A stretch of 64,000 nt of DNA from the human T2T-CHM13v2.0 reference genome, Homo sapiens. The position numbers were made by a program, and so were the translations under genes. The notes beneath the pieces are model-generated. The model saw only the letters and a program-made list of their open reading frames with translations, ran no database searches and was not told the origin of the DNA. The DNA lies in the NCBI RefSeq assembly GCF_009914755.1, contig NC_060939.1; one strand, written 5' to 3'. This document shows, one piece after another, positions 1 through 16,330 of the stretch. Positions within the stretch are counted from its first letter, which is position 1. Each line of letters starts with the position of its first letter.

Positions 1-244
1 TGAGTGATTGTAGTTCTGAAATGAATTGTTTGTTGCTGTTTAATTTACATTTACAATAAGATAACAGTGAAACAACAAAGGCACATGTGAGAATTTCACT
101 TATTTATTAGTGAAATAATATCACTAATCACTTAGTGACCTAAGTGATGTTGTTGCCAAATCAAATAATAATTTTTGAGTAATGAAAGAATAGTTTCTGA
201 AGGAATTTTTATGCTATTCACAATCTAATAGCTGTGGACACGTT

Positions 245-586
<342 letters not shown>

Positions 587-674
587 TCCTTCTCTTAAAT
601 TTATTCTGCCTCATAAACATTTTCTCCATAATTATCTTAGGTCTAGACAAAAAACAAAATAATGAATTAAGCTG

Positions 675-1049
675 TAGTTTACATCATTTGCTGATTTTGG
701 AGGGGGTAAAAATTCCCACTGTGGTCTATTTCAAGTGACAGTTCGTCCTACTGAATGTGAAGGTAGGGAGAGATGTACAGTATTACATCAATCTATAGTC
801 TTTGCACCATACAGTGATAATAACTATAAGTAAATTTAAGGACAAAAATATTAGAAAAATGGAAACTGTTAACTTTTGAATATTGCCTTTGTTTTATTAT
901 AAAGTATTTAATAGTGAGTTTATAGTCTGTGTTTTTAAAGTAATGGTTAAGTTCAGCAACCACTTCACAAGATTCCTAGAAATTAAAAATCAGCCATCAT
1001 GATTTAGTGAAAGTTGACTTGATTTAGTGAAAGTTGACTCCAACACACT
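675..1049 (-). mobile_element. Ancient hAT-Tip100 DNA transposon fragment (Arthur1-like)
   Basis: Resembles the recalled terminal consensus (...cacaagattcctagaaattaaaaatcagcc...ctccaacacac); a similar fragment lies at ~50980-51150. Confidence 0.5.
1000..1039. repeat. Perfect 20-bp tandem duplication
   Basis: tgatttagtgaaagttgact x2. Confidence 0.95.
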
Positions 1050-1310
1050 ACTGGCCTTTAGTGTTCCTTGTTTTGTAAAGCGGATGACCAGATTTTGAAA
1101 ATGTATGCAAAATGCTTGGTATACTCTCTCCAATTTTTAAATGGCATTTTTTCATTAATTCAGTGTACCTTTTTGTATCTTGATTTTTTAGCATTAACAA
1201 ACCCCTTGTGAATTTCTCTGCCATGTAATACCTTGTTGGATTCGAAAGTGGCATACTGAAGTCTTCCCGAATATGAATTCTCAGACATCACATAAGAGAT
1301 GTATGCTTAC

Positions 1311-1396
1311 TTCCGTAATGTAATTATTACACAATAAGTAAATCCACTTTTCTGGTCTCTGCAATATACATTTCTGCAGGCATTAGAAGGCTCTGC
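1311..1396 (-). CDS. Putative exon D (86 nt), AEPSNACRNVYCRDQKSGFTYCVIITLR+AA
   Basis: Acceptor gattgttctttaaag|GCAGAG, donor GAA|gtaagc; open in phase 0 after exon C. Read-through of the donor gives K then TAA. Confidence 0.4.
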
Positions 1397-1695
1397 CTTT
1401 AAAGAACAATCACAAGAACCTGCTTTTTATCCCCACTTGCCTCATTTCATTTTTCCCATTAGCAGCAATTTAAAAATTCTTCCAGACTGCAGCTCTCATT
1501 GTGCCTTTTTGCTTTACTGCAGAGTAGGTCTTTATTCTCTTTACTCTGAAGCTTTAATATTTGAAATTGGTCTCATAAATTAAAAAAGAACACTCATATG
1601 GATGATTATTTTAAAACTCAATCAAAAAGTTTTTTTTTTCTTATTCTTTTTTGAGGGCAGTGGAAGAGTAATGGATAAATGTATAATCAACTCAC

Positions 1696-1883
1696 ATAAA
1701 ATTCGACAAGTGGATATTTTATGATATTGCCTTCTGGGAATCCAAATAGCATGCACTTTTTATCATAACAATTCAGTCCAATTCCGTGACCAAGGGAGAA
1801 GAGCACAGCACATTTAAGAACCAGTTGTAGGGACCTGACAGCGTCTTGCTGCCAACAGCAAAGCTGAAATGCGGAATCCCAGC
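1696..1883 (-). CDS. Putative exon C (188 nt), (G)WDSAFQLCC...KYPLVEFY
   Basis: Acceptor ccccatgtccctgtttcag|GC, donor TAT|gtgagt; open frame contained in ORF 1687..1920. Confidence 0.45.
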
Positions 1884-2463
1884 CTGAAACAGGGACATGG
1901 GGCTTTATGAGTTCATACACGTGGGGATTTTAATGGGAGCAGCTATTTGGACATCTTCTTTTTCTCTCCCACATGCTGAGTTGAAGAGCTGGAGAATGAG
2001 GTCGTATAAATTTAGAATGTACCAAGTAGCTAAAATTGCTGATTCACCTGTACACTTTGGCCATCACTTATCTAAGGTAGTTTCTGGCTAAAAAGCCCAT
2101 GGAACATCCACTTTGGAGATTTTCAGCAGTCAGAACTGTTTGCAGCTTGTCTGATGAAACATTTGCCAATACAGATCCAAAGGCTATATTGGGAGAAGTG
2201 TAGTTAAGTTTAGTACATTTCTAAATTGGAACACAACAGGTTTATCACAGCTAAACCCAACCTCAGAAATGAGGAATGAATTTGCTCCTTTATTTACCAG
2301 ATTCTGTTTGATGTTGGCATTAAATAAGTAGAGGCAAGAATTGGCAGGCCTGTGCAGCAAAAGACATGGATCGGGAAGCAACAAATTGAATTCAAGGGGC
2401 ACATAAGAAAAATTGTGATAGGAATGCCAACTGTAACATGGGATGACATTAAAAAGCAATGGA

Positions 2464-2760
2464 GGCCAGGCATGGTGGCTCGTGCCTGTAATCCCAGCTT
2501 CTGGAGGCCGAGGTGGGCAGATCACCTGATGTAAGGAGTTCGAGACCAGCCTGGCCAATGTGGCAAAACCCTGCCTCTACTAAAAAACAAAAATCAGCCA
2601 GCCATGGTGGTGCTCGCCTGTAGTCCTAGCTACTTGGGAGGCTGAGGATGGAGAATCGCTTGAACCCGGGAGGTGGAGGTTTTAGCAAGCCAAGATCCCA
2701 CCACTGCACTTCAGCCTGGGTGACAGAGTGAGATTCTGTCTCGACAAAAAAAGAAAAAAA
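2464..2760 (+). mobile_element. AluS (Sx/Sz-like)
   Basis: Full dimer; TSD aaaaagcaatgga at 2451-2463 and 2756-2768. Confidence 0.95.
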
Positions 2761-2892
2761 GCAATGGAAGAGGCAGATAAGAATGCAAGCCTCTTGATTC
2801 CAGTAGAAGTTATCCCACTTTAAAATGGCAGTAATTATTGAATTTGAAAATCGAACCTTAGAGCCACACTGAAGACAGGAATGAAAAATCAA

Positions 2893-3336
2893 GTTTTTTT
2901 TAGTCCTGTGAAAAATGATGTTGATACTTTAAGAGGAATCATGTTGAAACTGTAGATTGCTTTGGGCAGTATGGCCATTTTAATGTTATTGATTCTTCCA
3001 ATCCATGAGTGTGGAATGTTTTTCCATTTGTTTGTGTCATCTACTATGTCTTTTAGCAGTGCTCTTCTCGTAGAGATCTTTTACCATGGTTAAATGCATT
3101 CCTAGGTATTTTATTCTGTTTGTGGCTATTTTAAATGAGATTGCATTTTTTTTTGTTTGGCTCTCAGATTGAATATAATTGGTATATAGACATGCTACTG
3201 ATTTTTGTACATTGATTTTGTATCTTGAAATTTTACCAAAGTTGTTCAACAGTTTCTGGAGCCTGGAACTCATGGCTGATGGCTGATTGGTGAAGCCTTT
3301 AGGGTTTTCTAGGTATAGATTTATATCATTTGCAAA
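2893..3336 (-). mobile_element. L1 ORF2 segment, inverted 5' part of an older L1PA element
   Basis: Encodes the degenerate FADD RT region through FFTELEK; ORF 3037..3273 has KISRYKINVQKS, like L1 ORF2 KVSGYKINVQKS. Confidence 0.9.
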
Positions 3337-4995
<1,659 letters not shown>

Positions 4996-5581
4996 AATTG
5001 AATTAGTCCTGAAATAAATAATTGAAAAGTCCTGAATTATAACAGGACATTTCAGTTTCCATGTCCCATTTACATTTTGCATTTCAGTGTCTGCAGAGTT
5101 ACTTTATTTACCCATCTGATGTCCTTGAATGGGACCACAGGCCTGTGCATAAGAAGGGAGGGTGAACTGATATCTATTTCAGAGGACAGGCTTATGGTGC
5201 ACAATGTACAGCCAGTCAGCAGAAGCCTCAGGTTTTCCCAAGATGCACCACTGCAGCCAAAGGCCATCTGAGAAAATCTCCCAGGAGGAGCTTTTTCTCC
5301 TGGATGTCCAGAACCTTGCATAAGAAATCAGACAGGACGTGTAGTTCAAGCTGAGCGGCAGCAAGCACAATGGAAAGTGAGGGGAGCTGGTTTCTTTCCA
5401 TGGGAAGTGTCCATAATGTAATAGAAATTGTCTATAGGGTAATAGATTTCAAACTTTTTTCTCCTCCCCTCTGCCACCTTTAAGAATGTGGAATCTTATT
5501 CAGGATTCAATTATCTTTTCATAGATCTTAATAGAGCAGAATGATTTGAAACCCTGGTTGCCCACTGTCTTCCTCACCTAC

Positions 5582-5621
5582 CTGGGCTTTCCAGAGTATT
5601 TTTTGCAGAAATCTGGGGATC
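5582..5621 (-). CDS. Putative exon B (40 nt), DPQISAKNTLESP(G)
   Basis: Acceptor ttttcacctcgtatttccag|GAT, donor CAG|gtaggt; its phase-1 end matches the start of exon C. Confidence 0.4.
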
Positions 5622-6039
5622 CTGGAAATACGAGGTGAAAACTGCAGAGCTGGATGATCTCTAAAGTTTGTTACATCATGAGTATTCATGATTTCATGAA
5701 GGTCACATGGGGAAGCCAAGACTCCAGTTGAGTCTTCCGATTGCCCTCAAATTGGCTCCTTCATTCCTCACTGTGTCCAGCCATGTGTCCACCCACAGCA
5801 GTAAAGTCAGTTAAGGCCAAGTTTCCACTCTCAGGAGACGCATGACTGAACCTCACAGCCTTGCTTTGGTTTGGGGGAAATGACCTTAGCTTTGGGCTCC
5901 CGGTCCAGATTTATAAATGGAAGCTGAGAGTTGGCCCTTTGGGGAGACCTAACAAAACACTCTTCACTTTAGCATTGTTCAATATCTAGTCATCTGAAAA
6001 GCTCTGTCCACGTCTCCATGTTTTATGGCACTCCCTCTT

Positions 6040-6730
6040 GTTTACTTTGTTTCAATCACTGTGGTCTTCCTTCACTCCGTAAAACTAGAACAGCTTTGCA
6101 TCACAAGGCCTTTGCGTATATTGTTCCTGCTGCATGCAATGCTCTTTCCTTCGCTCTTTACCAGGTTAACATCTACTTCTTGATTCAAACTTCAGCTCAA
6201 TAGTTCCTCTCCCAGGAGATACTTCTCTGACCTTTTTGTCCACTTGGAACCAGTCTATTGCTCATGCTTACAGTGAAAGGCAGCTGTCTTTCATGGCCCT
6301 TAAGCCAACTGTGAATTACAACTAGCAAACTTACCATGGCAAATAATCTGTGTGATTATTTGATAAATATTTACTTTCCTTTCTAGACCAGGGATTGGAA
6401 AACTACAGCCCTCGGGTCAAATCCAGCTCACCATCTGTTTTTGCAAAATTAAGTGTTACTGGAACATAGCCATGTTAACTCATTTGCATATTGTTCATAG
6501 CTGCTTTCACACTGTAACAGCAGCGTTAAGTAGTTGCAACTACCCACAAAACTAAAATACCTGGCTCTTTAGAGAAAAGCTTTGCCAACACTTGCTCAAG
6601 ACCATAAGCTTCTTAAAAACAGGAAATATGACCATATTGCTCATCATTTTGTCCCTCTGCAGCTAACCCAGTTCCTGACATATATTCCTGGCTCAATAAA
6701 TATATTTTTAATGAATGAATCAATGAGTGA
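6040..6730 (+). mobile_element. L2 3' end interrupted by MER58A
   Basis: L2 motifs (ggcctttgc...tgttcc...tgcaatgctct) and tail ctcaataaatat...gaatgaat. Confidence 0.7.
6389..6594 (+). mobile_element. MER58A (hAT-Charlie)
   Basis: caggg...aaactacagccc...tttgccaacacttg termini; 8-bp TSD-like ttctagac / ctcaagac. Confidence 0.8.
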
Positions 6731-7814
6731 TTGACAAACACATTAGTTATATATGTGGAATATAGTCAGAATTACAGAGTAGAAAATTGCATCAACAATA
6801 TAGGAAAGAAAGCCCTGTTTTTGAATGGCATTTTTATTTTTTAAATATTCATCATTATCAAAAAAATGAGAAATAGAAAGTGTATTGGTGAATGATTTAA
6901 TATTCAATGATATTAGAGTTGGACAAATCAAAATAACAACTAATCTTGTGTTGAATTAAAACATAAAATCGTGATCAACCATCCAAAGCAAGTGTTTCCA
7001 TGCAACTAATACCCTCAAATTGCCCGCCAACAATTCAGCCTTTTTAAATGAGGCATGTAACTAATAGATTCTATTTTTTAATACTATTACAAAATATGAC
7101 TTGTTTCTGGTTGATTTAAAAATATTTTATTTGTTGCACAAATGGCCTAAAATATATATAAAACAATCATATTGCAAATTTTGCTATTCTGTGAGAAGGC
7201 ATGCATTTTTTCCTCTAGGGACAAAAAATACAGTATAAATTGCCTCCTTGGTAGATAATTTCTAGCTTTTGACTATAAATTGATACATTAAATACACACG
7301 GAGAGACATATATTTAGAGGGTATTATTTTGCTTCATTTTTGAACTTAGTTTAAACATTTATTTTTTGCTGGTTTTGTAGAACAATAATCAATGCACAGA
7401 TTGGGGGCCAGGATGGGGTGGGGAGGCTTTGATGGTATATTGACAGTTTCCTGCTTGGCGACATCCTCAGCCTTTCACAAGGCCACAAGTAATTTACGAT
7501 GGCAATAAAGACCTGAATATTTTTCTGTATTCAAGGTAGCTCCTTGCTTCCAGAAGAAGCATAGCCCTGCTTTTGAATGTGATCCACGTAGTAGATGTGG
7601 AAGACAGCCCTTAGAAAGAGAGGCCATTAGATCAGGAAGCAGCTGTCTGGCAGTCCCTGTTCATATTCAGCAGCCATTCCTGAGACGTGACTGTCACTGC
7701 TAAGCAATTTCCCAGGGCCTTGTTCGTTTGGCACACTAGACAAAGCCAGTCTTGGCTCGGTATATCTCAAAAGGCAGGTCTGTACCATAGCAGATTAGTG
7801 CACAGGCTTATCTC

Positions 7815-7986
7815 AGTTCAAAAGCTGCTTCTGCCACTGAGTAACTGCTTGGGGCAAGTGCTTGGACCTGGCTGTGCCACAGTTTCTTCATCTGTGCAGA
7901 TGGAGGAAATAAAGCAACCTGTAAAGAAAATGGTTGGAACCATCTCAGGCGCACAGTAAGCACTCAATAAAGGAGCTATCATTATT
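7815..7986 (+). mobile_element. MIR
   Basis: Core cagtttcttcatctgt and tail gcacagtaagcactcaataaa. Confidence 0.75.
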
Positions 7987-7988
7987 AG

Positions 7989-8315
<327 letters not shown>

Positions 8316-9367
8316 AAATTTTATTTATTTTTAAAAAAATTTTTGGGGTACATAGTAGGCGTATATATTAATGGGGTACATGAGATGTTTTGATACAGGC
8401 ATGCAATGTGAAATAAGCACATCATGGAGAATGGGGTGTCCATCCCCTCAGGCATTTATCCTTTGTGTTACAAACAATCCTATTATGCCATTTGTTATTT
8501 TAAAATGTACAATGAAGTTATTATTGACTTTAGTCATCTTATTCTGCTATCAAATAGTAGGTCTTATTAATTATTTCTATTTTTTTTGTATCCATTAACC
8601 ATTTCGACCTTCCCCCATCCCCCCACTACCCTTCTCAAGCTCTGGTAACCATCCTTCTACTCCCTAGGTCCATGAGTTCAATTGATTTGATTTTTAGGTA
8701 CCTCAAATAAGTGAGAACATGTGATGTTTGTCTTTCCCTGCCTGGCTTATTTCACTTAACATAATGACCTCCAGTTCCACCGTGTCGTTGCGAATCACTG
8801 AATCTCATACTTTTTTTATGGGTGAATAATACTCCATTGTGTATATGTACCACATTTTCTTTATCCATTCTTCTGTTGACGGACACTTAGGTTGCTTCCA
8901 AATCTTAGCTATTGTAAACAGTGCTGCAACAAACATATGAGTGCAGATATCTCTTTGATATACTGATTTCCTTTCTTTGGGATATATACCCAGCAGTGGG
9001 ATTGCTGGATCTTATGGTAGCTCAATTTTTAGTTTTTTGAGGAACCTCCGAACTCTTCTCCATAGTGGTTGTACTAATTTACATTCCCATCAACAGTGTA
9101 TGAGGGTTCCCTTTTCTCCACACCCTTGCCAGCATTTGTTATTGTCTACCTTTTGGGTATAAACCATTTTAACAGGGTGAGATGATATCTCATTGTAGTT
9201 TTCATTTGCAATTCTCTGATGATCAATGATATTGAGCACATTTTCATATGTCTGCCATTTGTATGTCTTCTTTTGAGAAATGTCTATTCAAATCTTTTGC
9301 CCATATTTTGATCAGATTATTAGATCTTTTTTCTGTAAAGTTGTCTGAGCTCTTTATATATTCCAGT
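8316..9367 (-). mobile_element. L1MA (MA1-3-like) 3' end
   Basis: ggtacatagtagg...atgttttgatacaggcatgcaatg 3'UTR followed by C-terminal ORF2 sequence. Confidence 0.9.
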
Positions 9368-9391
9368 TAGCTTTTAAAACAGAATTAAATA

Positions 9392-9866
<475 letters not shown>

Positions 9867-10059
9867 TCATGTTCTAATTCATAGGTTTCATCTAATTATT
9901 CAACATGATTAAATAATTATTCAGCCTTAGGTTATTCTGAGAACTCAATGATGCTCAACTACTCTCCAGCAAGATCTTTGATACAAAAATGTCCATGGTT
10001 CAGCTTTCATGCTGAACCATAAAAAGAATGTTCCTCTTCCCTTTACTATAAAAAGGGAA

Positions 10060-10270
10060 AGAGAAATAACATTTCTTGACCACCTAGCTATATGCTAGAT
10101 GTTGGGTTAACTGACTGCACTTTGCTAATATGATTCACGAAGTTCTCATGATAACCAAACAAAGCAAGGGTTGAAGTCTCTCTTTGACATATGGATGAAC
10201 TAAGGATTGGGAAGATAAGATATTTTTCTAAGTACTACAAAGGGGCAGAATTCAAACCCTGGTCTATCCT
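10060..10270 (-). mobile_element. MIR
   Basis: Degenerate antisense MIR ending gaattcaaaccctggtct. Confidence 0.55.
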
Positions 10271-13200
10271 CCCTCTGCTTGTTATTCGTGTATATGAGAA
10301 GCTAATGATTTATCATGAATTTTCCCTGTTTAACAACATAAGGTTCTTTCAAGCAGGGGCAGGACATGTTTAGCTTGCCTAGAAACTTGACTTGATTGCT
10401 GTCTCCAGTTGCCTTATCGGGTATCCCAGAATATCCAATTCATTCTTAGGCCAGAGACAAACCTGCAAGTGACTTTAAATAGCAAACATGGTTTCTGTTC
10501 AGAAATTGGATTGCCAAAACTTGTTTTAATGTGAAATCCTTTCTCCTCCTACAGCTCCTTCTTTCTTCTACCATTTCTCTTTCTCCTTCATTGTCTCCTC
10601 TGCTTACAGCCAGAATCCATATCCTGTTCCAAGATGCCTGTTCCAAACTCCCATCACTAAAGTTTAGGTAAGAAGGCCTTCCTCCCCAACCCATTGGCTC
10701 TGGGATGGGGTGCGGGGAGAGGCACTGACAGATTCCACAGCCGTCTCTAAAAATCCTCTTTCAAAATTCTCTCTCTTTAACTTCTTCAATGGTTATATAG
10801 CCTCAAACTGGACCAGGGGACTCTGTCTGGGGAGTCCAAGAGTTGTGAAACTAGTTCTAGTTCATTCGTTTTGGAAATCTGCAACCTCCAGTGAGTGTGC
10901 AATGTCTACTGTACCTTGATACCTAGTGAAGAAGTCAATTTTATCATCGTGTCAACACATACAACTCACTTGCAGTTTTGCCATTTGCTTTGACCCTTGT
11001 ATTTGGAGACCCAGAATCTTCCCTAAGCCCTGTTCTCATTGGAACTTTCAGGTTTTCTTCATCATGGAAGTCTAGCAGGGGCCTCCATGCCTGAGTTCAT
11101 GAATAGAGCTTGTTCCAAAGACCAAGTGTTTGCATACAAGGATAGAGATACTTTAGGCTTAAAGGAAAATGTGTGTCTTAGATTGATTTCCAGACTGGGC
11201 CCCCAAGTTTAAGTAGATGGCCAGATGGATAGGAAGGCTTCTAATAAAAGAATATGACAACTGCACAAAAGAGGAATGGCATTACCCTGTGCATAAAGAA
11301 CTAAGTATGCACACCCCTGTGTCTCTATGCATCTGTTTGTTGCACTATAACAAATAATCAGAAGACATTGGGGTGGAGAACCATGAAGGGTCAAAATTCC
11401 TCAAATACCTGAAGAGTGGAGCAGCGGCAGGAACCCCTTAATTCCTGAGCAGACAAGCTGGCATTTGAACTGTATCCTGGGGCCCCCCAAGAGGCTGGTG
11501 ATAAAATCAGAAGAAGGGAAAATGATTACAAGAAAGGTTAGCATCCATAGAACTTGGGAGAGACCTATTGGAACTCCCTGAGCAATCTGGGAGGAATCCA
11601 AGGGCATCCAGGGTTCATTCTGTTCTACAAGTAGGGGCTGATCTAGGATAGTAATTGGGACACCACTATGCTAGGTCTGGCAGGACCAGGATGCCTGGAT
11701 AAATAAGAGGTAGACCCGTATGCCATTCCCCACCTTCCTCCAAACCTTCTCAAGTCCAATACACTCCTGCTTCCAGGACCCTCTTTGTGGCAGAGAGAAC
11801 AGGGAACAACAGCCCACCAAGAAGGCCCAGGGCCCCCATTCTTTCAGCCTTTGCACCCCAAGGAACCTGGAGGACACACCCTTTCTACCATCCCTGGTTG
11901 CTTGCATAAGAGTCTGACCTCAGCTAATGATGGTTCTTCTAATCCATAAGGACCTGAGAGAGGACCTCCAGTGGACAAGGGCCACTCTTTGAGACAATGG
12001 TCAAAGGAAAAATAATAAATAATTGCACTTTCTTAGGTGGGTTTGTCCTGGTGGGTTTAAGCCCACAAGAACCTCCAAATTGAGACTGATTCACCTGGTT
12101 ATAAAATCATGATAATTCCTGCTTCAACATGGCCATGAGCCACATTCCACTTTATTCTGCAGGTTTGGTGTGTTCTGATTTGGCCCAAACCTGCAGGTTA
12201 AGTGAATGTTGTTGTTAGGAGTTAAACAGAGTCAGAGATTGGAATCCCAAGGCTGATGGAGGCCAAAGCTACCATCAGTCCCTCCCAATAAGGCCACCCT
12301 TTCTGATGACTTAGAATTCAAATCATGGAGGCTTCTAACAAAAAGGATCTATTTTTTGTCCAAGGTTGCTTAGAACTTTTCTTATTCCCACCTTCATCTA
12401 ACATATGAGGATACAATTCAGAGGGATAAATTGGCTCATCCACTCTAACAGAGAAGGTTAGGGACAGAGCCACAAGTCCAACACTCCTGAAAACACTGAG
12501 CCCACCTTACCACCCTCCAGGAATACTACCTGGTACAAAAAGCAAAGGCCTCAGCTACGGTTCCTAAACGGAACTCTGCAAGAACCACGGGTTCCCAAAG
12601 GAGTTTCCCACAGTTCATTTAAAGCAAGGAAGAAAATCTCAGCAGAAACAACTTAAAAACAAAGAATGCCCACTCCAAAGCCTCCGAGCCCCAATGCTGA
12701 GGCGTGCTTACAGCTTTTAAGGCATCAAAGCAAAACAAAAATATTCCACAACCTCCATGTTTGAGAGCTACTTATTCAGCAAGTCCTGCTGCTTCTCATC
12801 TCCAATATCTAAATCTGTGGGATTTGCACTGATTAAACGTGGGCGGCTCAGAGCGTTCTTCTCCGTGGCAGGCTGTTGCACTTCAGGCAGCTCAGCTCAA
12901 AGAGACACTTCCACGTTTAGCTTACATTTTCCCTTCCCTAATTTGTTTTATTACTCCCAGACTCATTTATTGATACCTGATACTCTGTCCACTTATGTGT
13001 TTCCTGTCATTAGCCAGAGCCCCGGGAACTTTCATCACTTTCTCCAGAGCAACGGGGAGTTCGTGTCTCTCCTTCCAATTATTGCTGCGAGTTTGAGGAT
13101 GTCATCTTTTGCCCTTTTCAGAAGGAGAACTTTCTGCAAAGGACAAGACATTTGTAACAGGATGTCTGGTGCAGAAAAAAAACTCATGGGGGATCAGGGT

Positions 13201-14149
13201 AAAGTGACTTGTGGATGGGGGTGAACATCACCAGGATGGCAGTGCTTTCCCTCTGTACCCCATTCTGTGATTAATGGATATCCTCTGTGGACCGATGAGG
13301 TGAATCCCAAAGGTCAGCCTAAAGTGACATTTTTTTTGGTCACAGCTTGAAAGCAAGTTTTATTTAACAAATAATATAAAAATATGCTTTAGTTAAAGCC
13401 CTTTCTTTTCTGCCTGATTAAGACAGAAAATATCACATTTCCGATCACCTTATTTTCTTAGGTACTTAAATTGTTTTCTTTTTTCTTCCTAACAATAGGC
13501 ACGACTCAGCCTGTTCCTGTCCCTGAGGGACTCTTAAAGCAACTAGGAAATTATAATTTAAGAATAATCTAATTCAAATTGCAGTCATTACACTCGGCTT
13601 AAATAAGGATCTTGCCATCATTACATGTTATAATTATGTCACCACATGCTATATAATTCCAATTAGATGATGATTACATGCCATATATTAACATTAATTG
13701 TGTAACTAGACATAACCATATGTTTATACGTGGATTTAATTACCTTCTTTAAAAATCCTATTGAAGAAGATGTATGTGACACATTTTTAAAAGAGGAAAA
13801 GTAGCAAGGAAAAACTTGTTCAAGTAAATATATAAAATCAATCATATGGAGGAAATGTAAATCATTGAAATAGGCTTTTGAATTAACATTTGTGTGATTA
13901 CCCTGGCTTCGTATTTTTGTTTGTAAAAATCATATAATAATATTATGAAAGTTCAAAAGATTCAGGTAGATCGGCCATAAGCTCATCGCCAGAACCCAAT
14001 TCCTTTCCAGGTCCAGCTCATATCCACATACACGTGTGACTGCCTGCGGTTTTAACAACTTACAAAATGTTAATTCTGCATTTTCATATAACGTGTCATA
14101 AATGATTCTTTTATTATGTATTGCCTCATGTCCATCATGCACGCTATTA

Positions 14150-14505
<356 letters not shown>

Positions 14506-15360
14506 GACTCCCTGGCTTGGTGGCCTTGATTAATGGACTTAACTTGTTTGTGCCTCAATAGTCCCATCTGTTAAATGGCAATAGTGAGCACCTACCTCAT
14601 AAGGTTACTGTGAAAATGAAATATGTTATTATATGCAAAATGCTTAGAAAAATGATGCAAAGGAGAAATTCAGTAAAGGTTAAGTAGGATTGTGCTGGTG
14701 GATGTCTCTAGCCAGTTGAGAACCATAGTTTACTTGATTCATTTCCTATTTGATGGCAACATTAATATCTCCAAATTCTGATATTGTCAGTAAGGCTTGG
14801 GTACATATTTTTGTGCACATAAATTTCTCTTTCTTTGAATTTCTCTGGGCAAATTATCTGTTGAACATCAGAAATACATCCATGTAAATCTCTTTTAATG
14901 TTCCCTTCCCAGGACAGTGCCCAGTTTTTAAAAATAATCAGCTCAGCATAGAAAAACAACGGAAAGAAATTTAAATGTTTACTGCTTTATTTTTTAAAAT
15001 ATTTCTGATAAGCAGCAAAAAACATAACATCTTTGTGCAAACCTCTATTTTTCCCTCCTCATGCACACCCCCACCCCCACCCCCACCGTAACCTCAAAGT
15101 CTCCTTCCCCACTAAAGCCCTTCTTCTCATTGCCCATACAATTCAGTCCATTGAAGCTTGCGTTATCACCTCCTCCCTTCTTACCAATAACTTTCTGGTC
15201 TTTCTAAGTTTAGCAATTACCTTGTTTGCATCTAATATGAGCGCAGGAGATTATCTACCAAAGGCTCACTGGAGGGGGTCACAAGAGGGGTGGGAGGAGG
15301 CTGAGAGGCAAAGGGGTATTCTTCTTAATGTAGGGCAAAAGAGAACAGGAGCATTAATAA

Positions 15361-15365
15361 ATCTG

Positions 15366-15402
<37 letters not shown>

Positions 15403-16330
15403 GTATCTATCTATCTATCTATCTATCGTCTATCTATCCCTACCTATATATATCCATATATCTATATGTTTACCTATATCTATCTTCTGTCTATCTATCC
15501 CTACCTACGTATATCTATATCCATATATCTATACCTATACCTATAATATCTATCTATCTATCTATCATCTATCTATTCATCCATCCCTACCTACATGTAT
15601 CTATATCCATTTATCTATACCTATACCTGTATCTATCTTCTATCTATCTATCCATCCCTACCTACATATATCTATATCCATATATCTATAACTATACCTA
15701 TATCTATCTATATCTATTTACCCATCCATCCATACCTACATATATCTATATCCATATATCTATGCCTATACCTATATCTATCATCTATCTATCTCTACCT
15801 ATATATATCTATATCCATATATCTATACCTATACCTATATCCATCTGTCTATCATATATCTATCAATCAGCTATCTAGTCATCCATCCATACCTACATAT
15901 ATCTATATCCATATAGCTATACCTATACCTATATCTATCTTCTATCTATCTATCCATCCCTACCTATATATATCTGTATCCATATATCTATACCTATACC
16001 TATATCTGTCTATCTATCTATATCTATCCATCCCTACTTACGTATATCTATATCTGTATACCTATGCCAATACCTCTATCATCTATCTATCTAACATCTC
16101 TACCTATATATATCTATATCCATGTATCTATACCTATATCAATCAATCAATCTATCTATCTATCTATTCATCCTATTCATCATCCCTACCTACATACATC
16201 TATATCCATATATCTATACCTATACCTTTATCTATCTATCTGTCATGTATCTATCTATTCATCCATCCCTATCTACATATATCTATATCCATATATGTAT
16301 ACCTCTATCTATCTATCTAATCTATCTCTG
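15361..16330. repeat. Complex (TCTA)/(TATACC)/(TATCCA) tandem repeat with ~12 higher-order units of 60-95 bp
   Basis: Recurring core ccctacctacatatatctatatccatatatctatacctatacc; nearly G-free on the + strand. Confidence 0.95.

Noticed and set aside
1048-1254. 68-aa minus-strand ORF just downstream of exon D
   Set aside because: No good acceptor, too close to the exon D donor for a normal intron, and no recognisable homology.
5528-5719. Alternative frame through exon B (MNTHD...ILWKAQ joined to AGIPH...ELD*)
   Set aside because: It needs an unspliced 5' extension and stops inside exon C, upstream of later junctions (NMD-prone). It cannot be excluded but explains less.
12757-13224. 155-aa + strand ORF as a gene
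   Set aside because: No homology, no exon-like boundaries and a non-coding-like composition; kept only as part of a candidate regulatory region.
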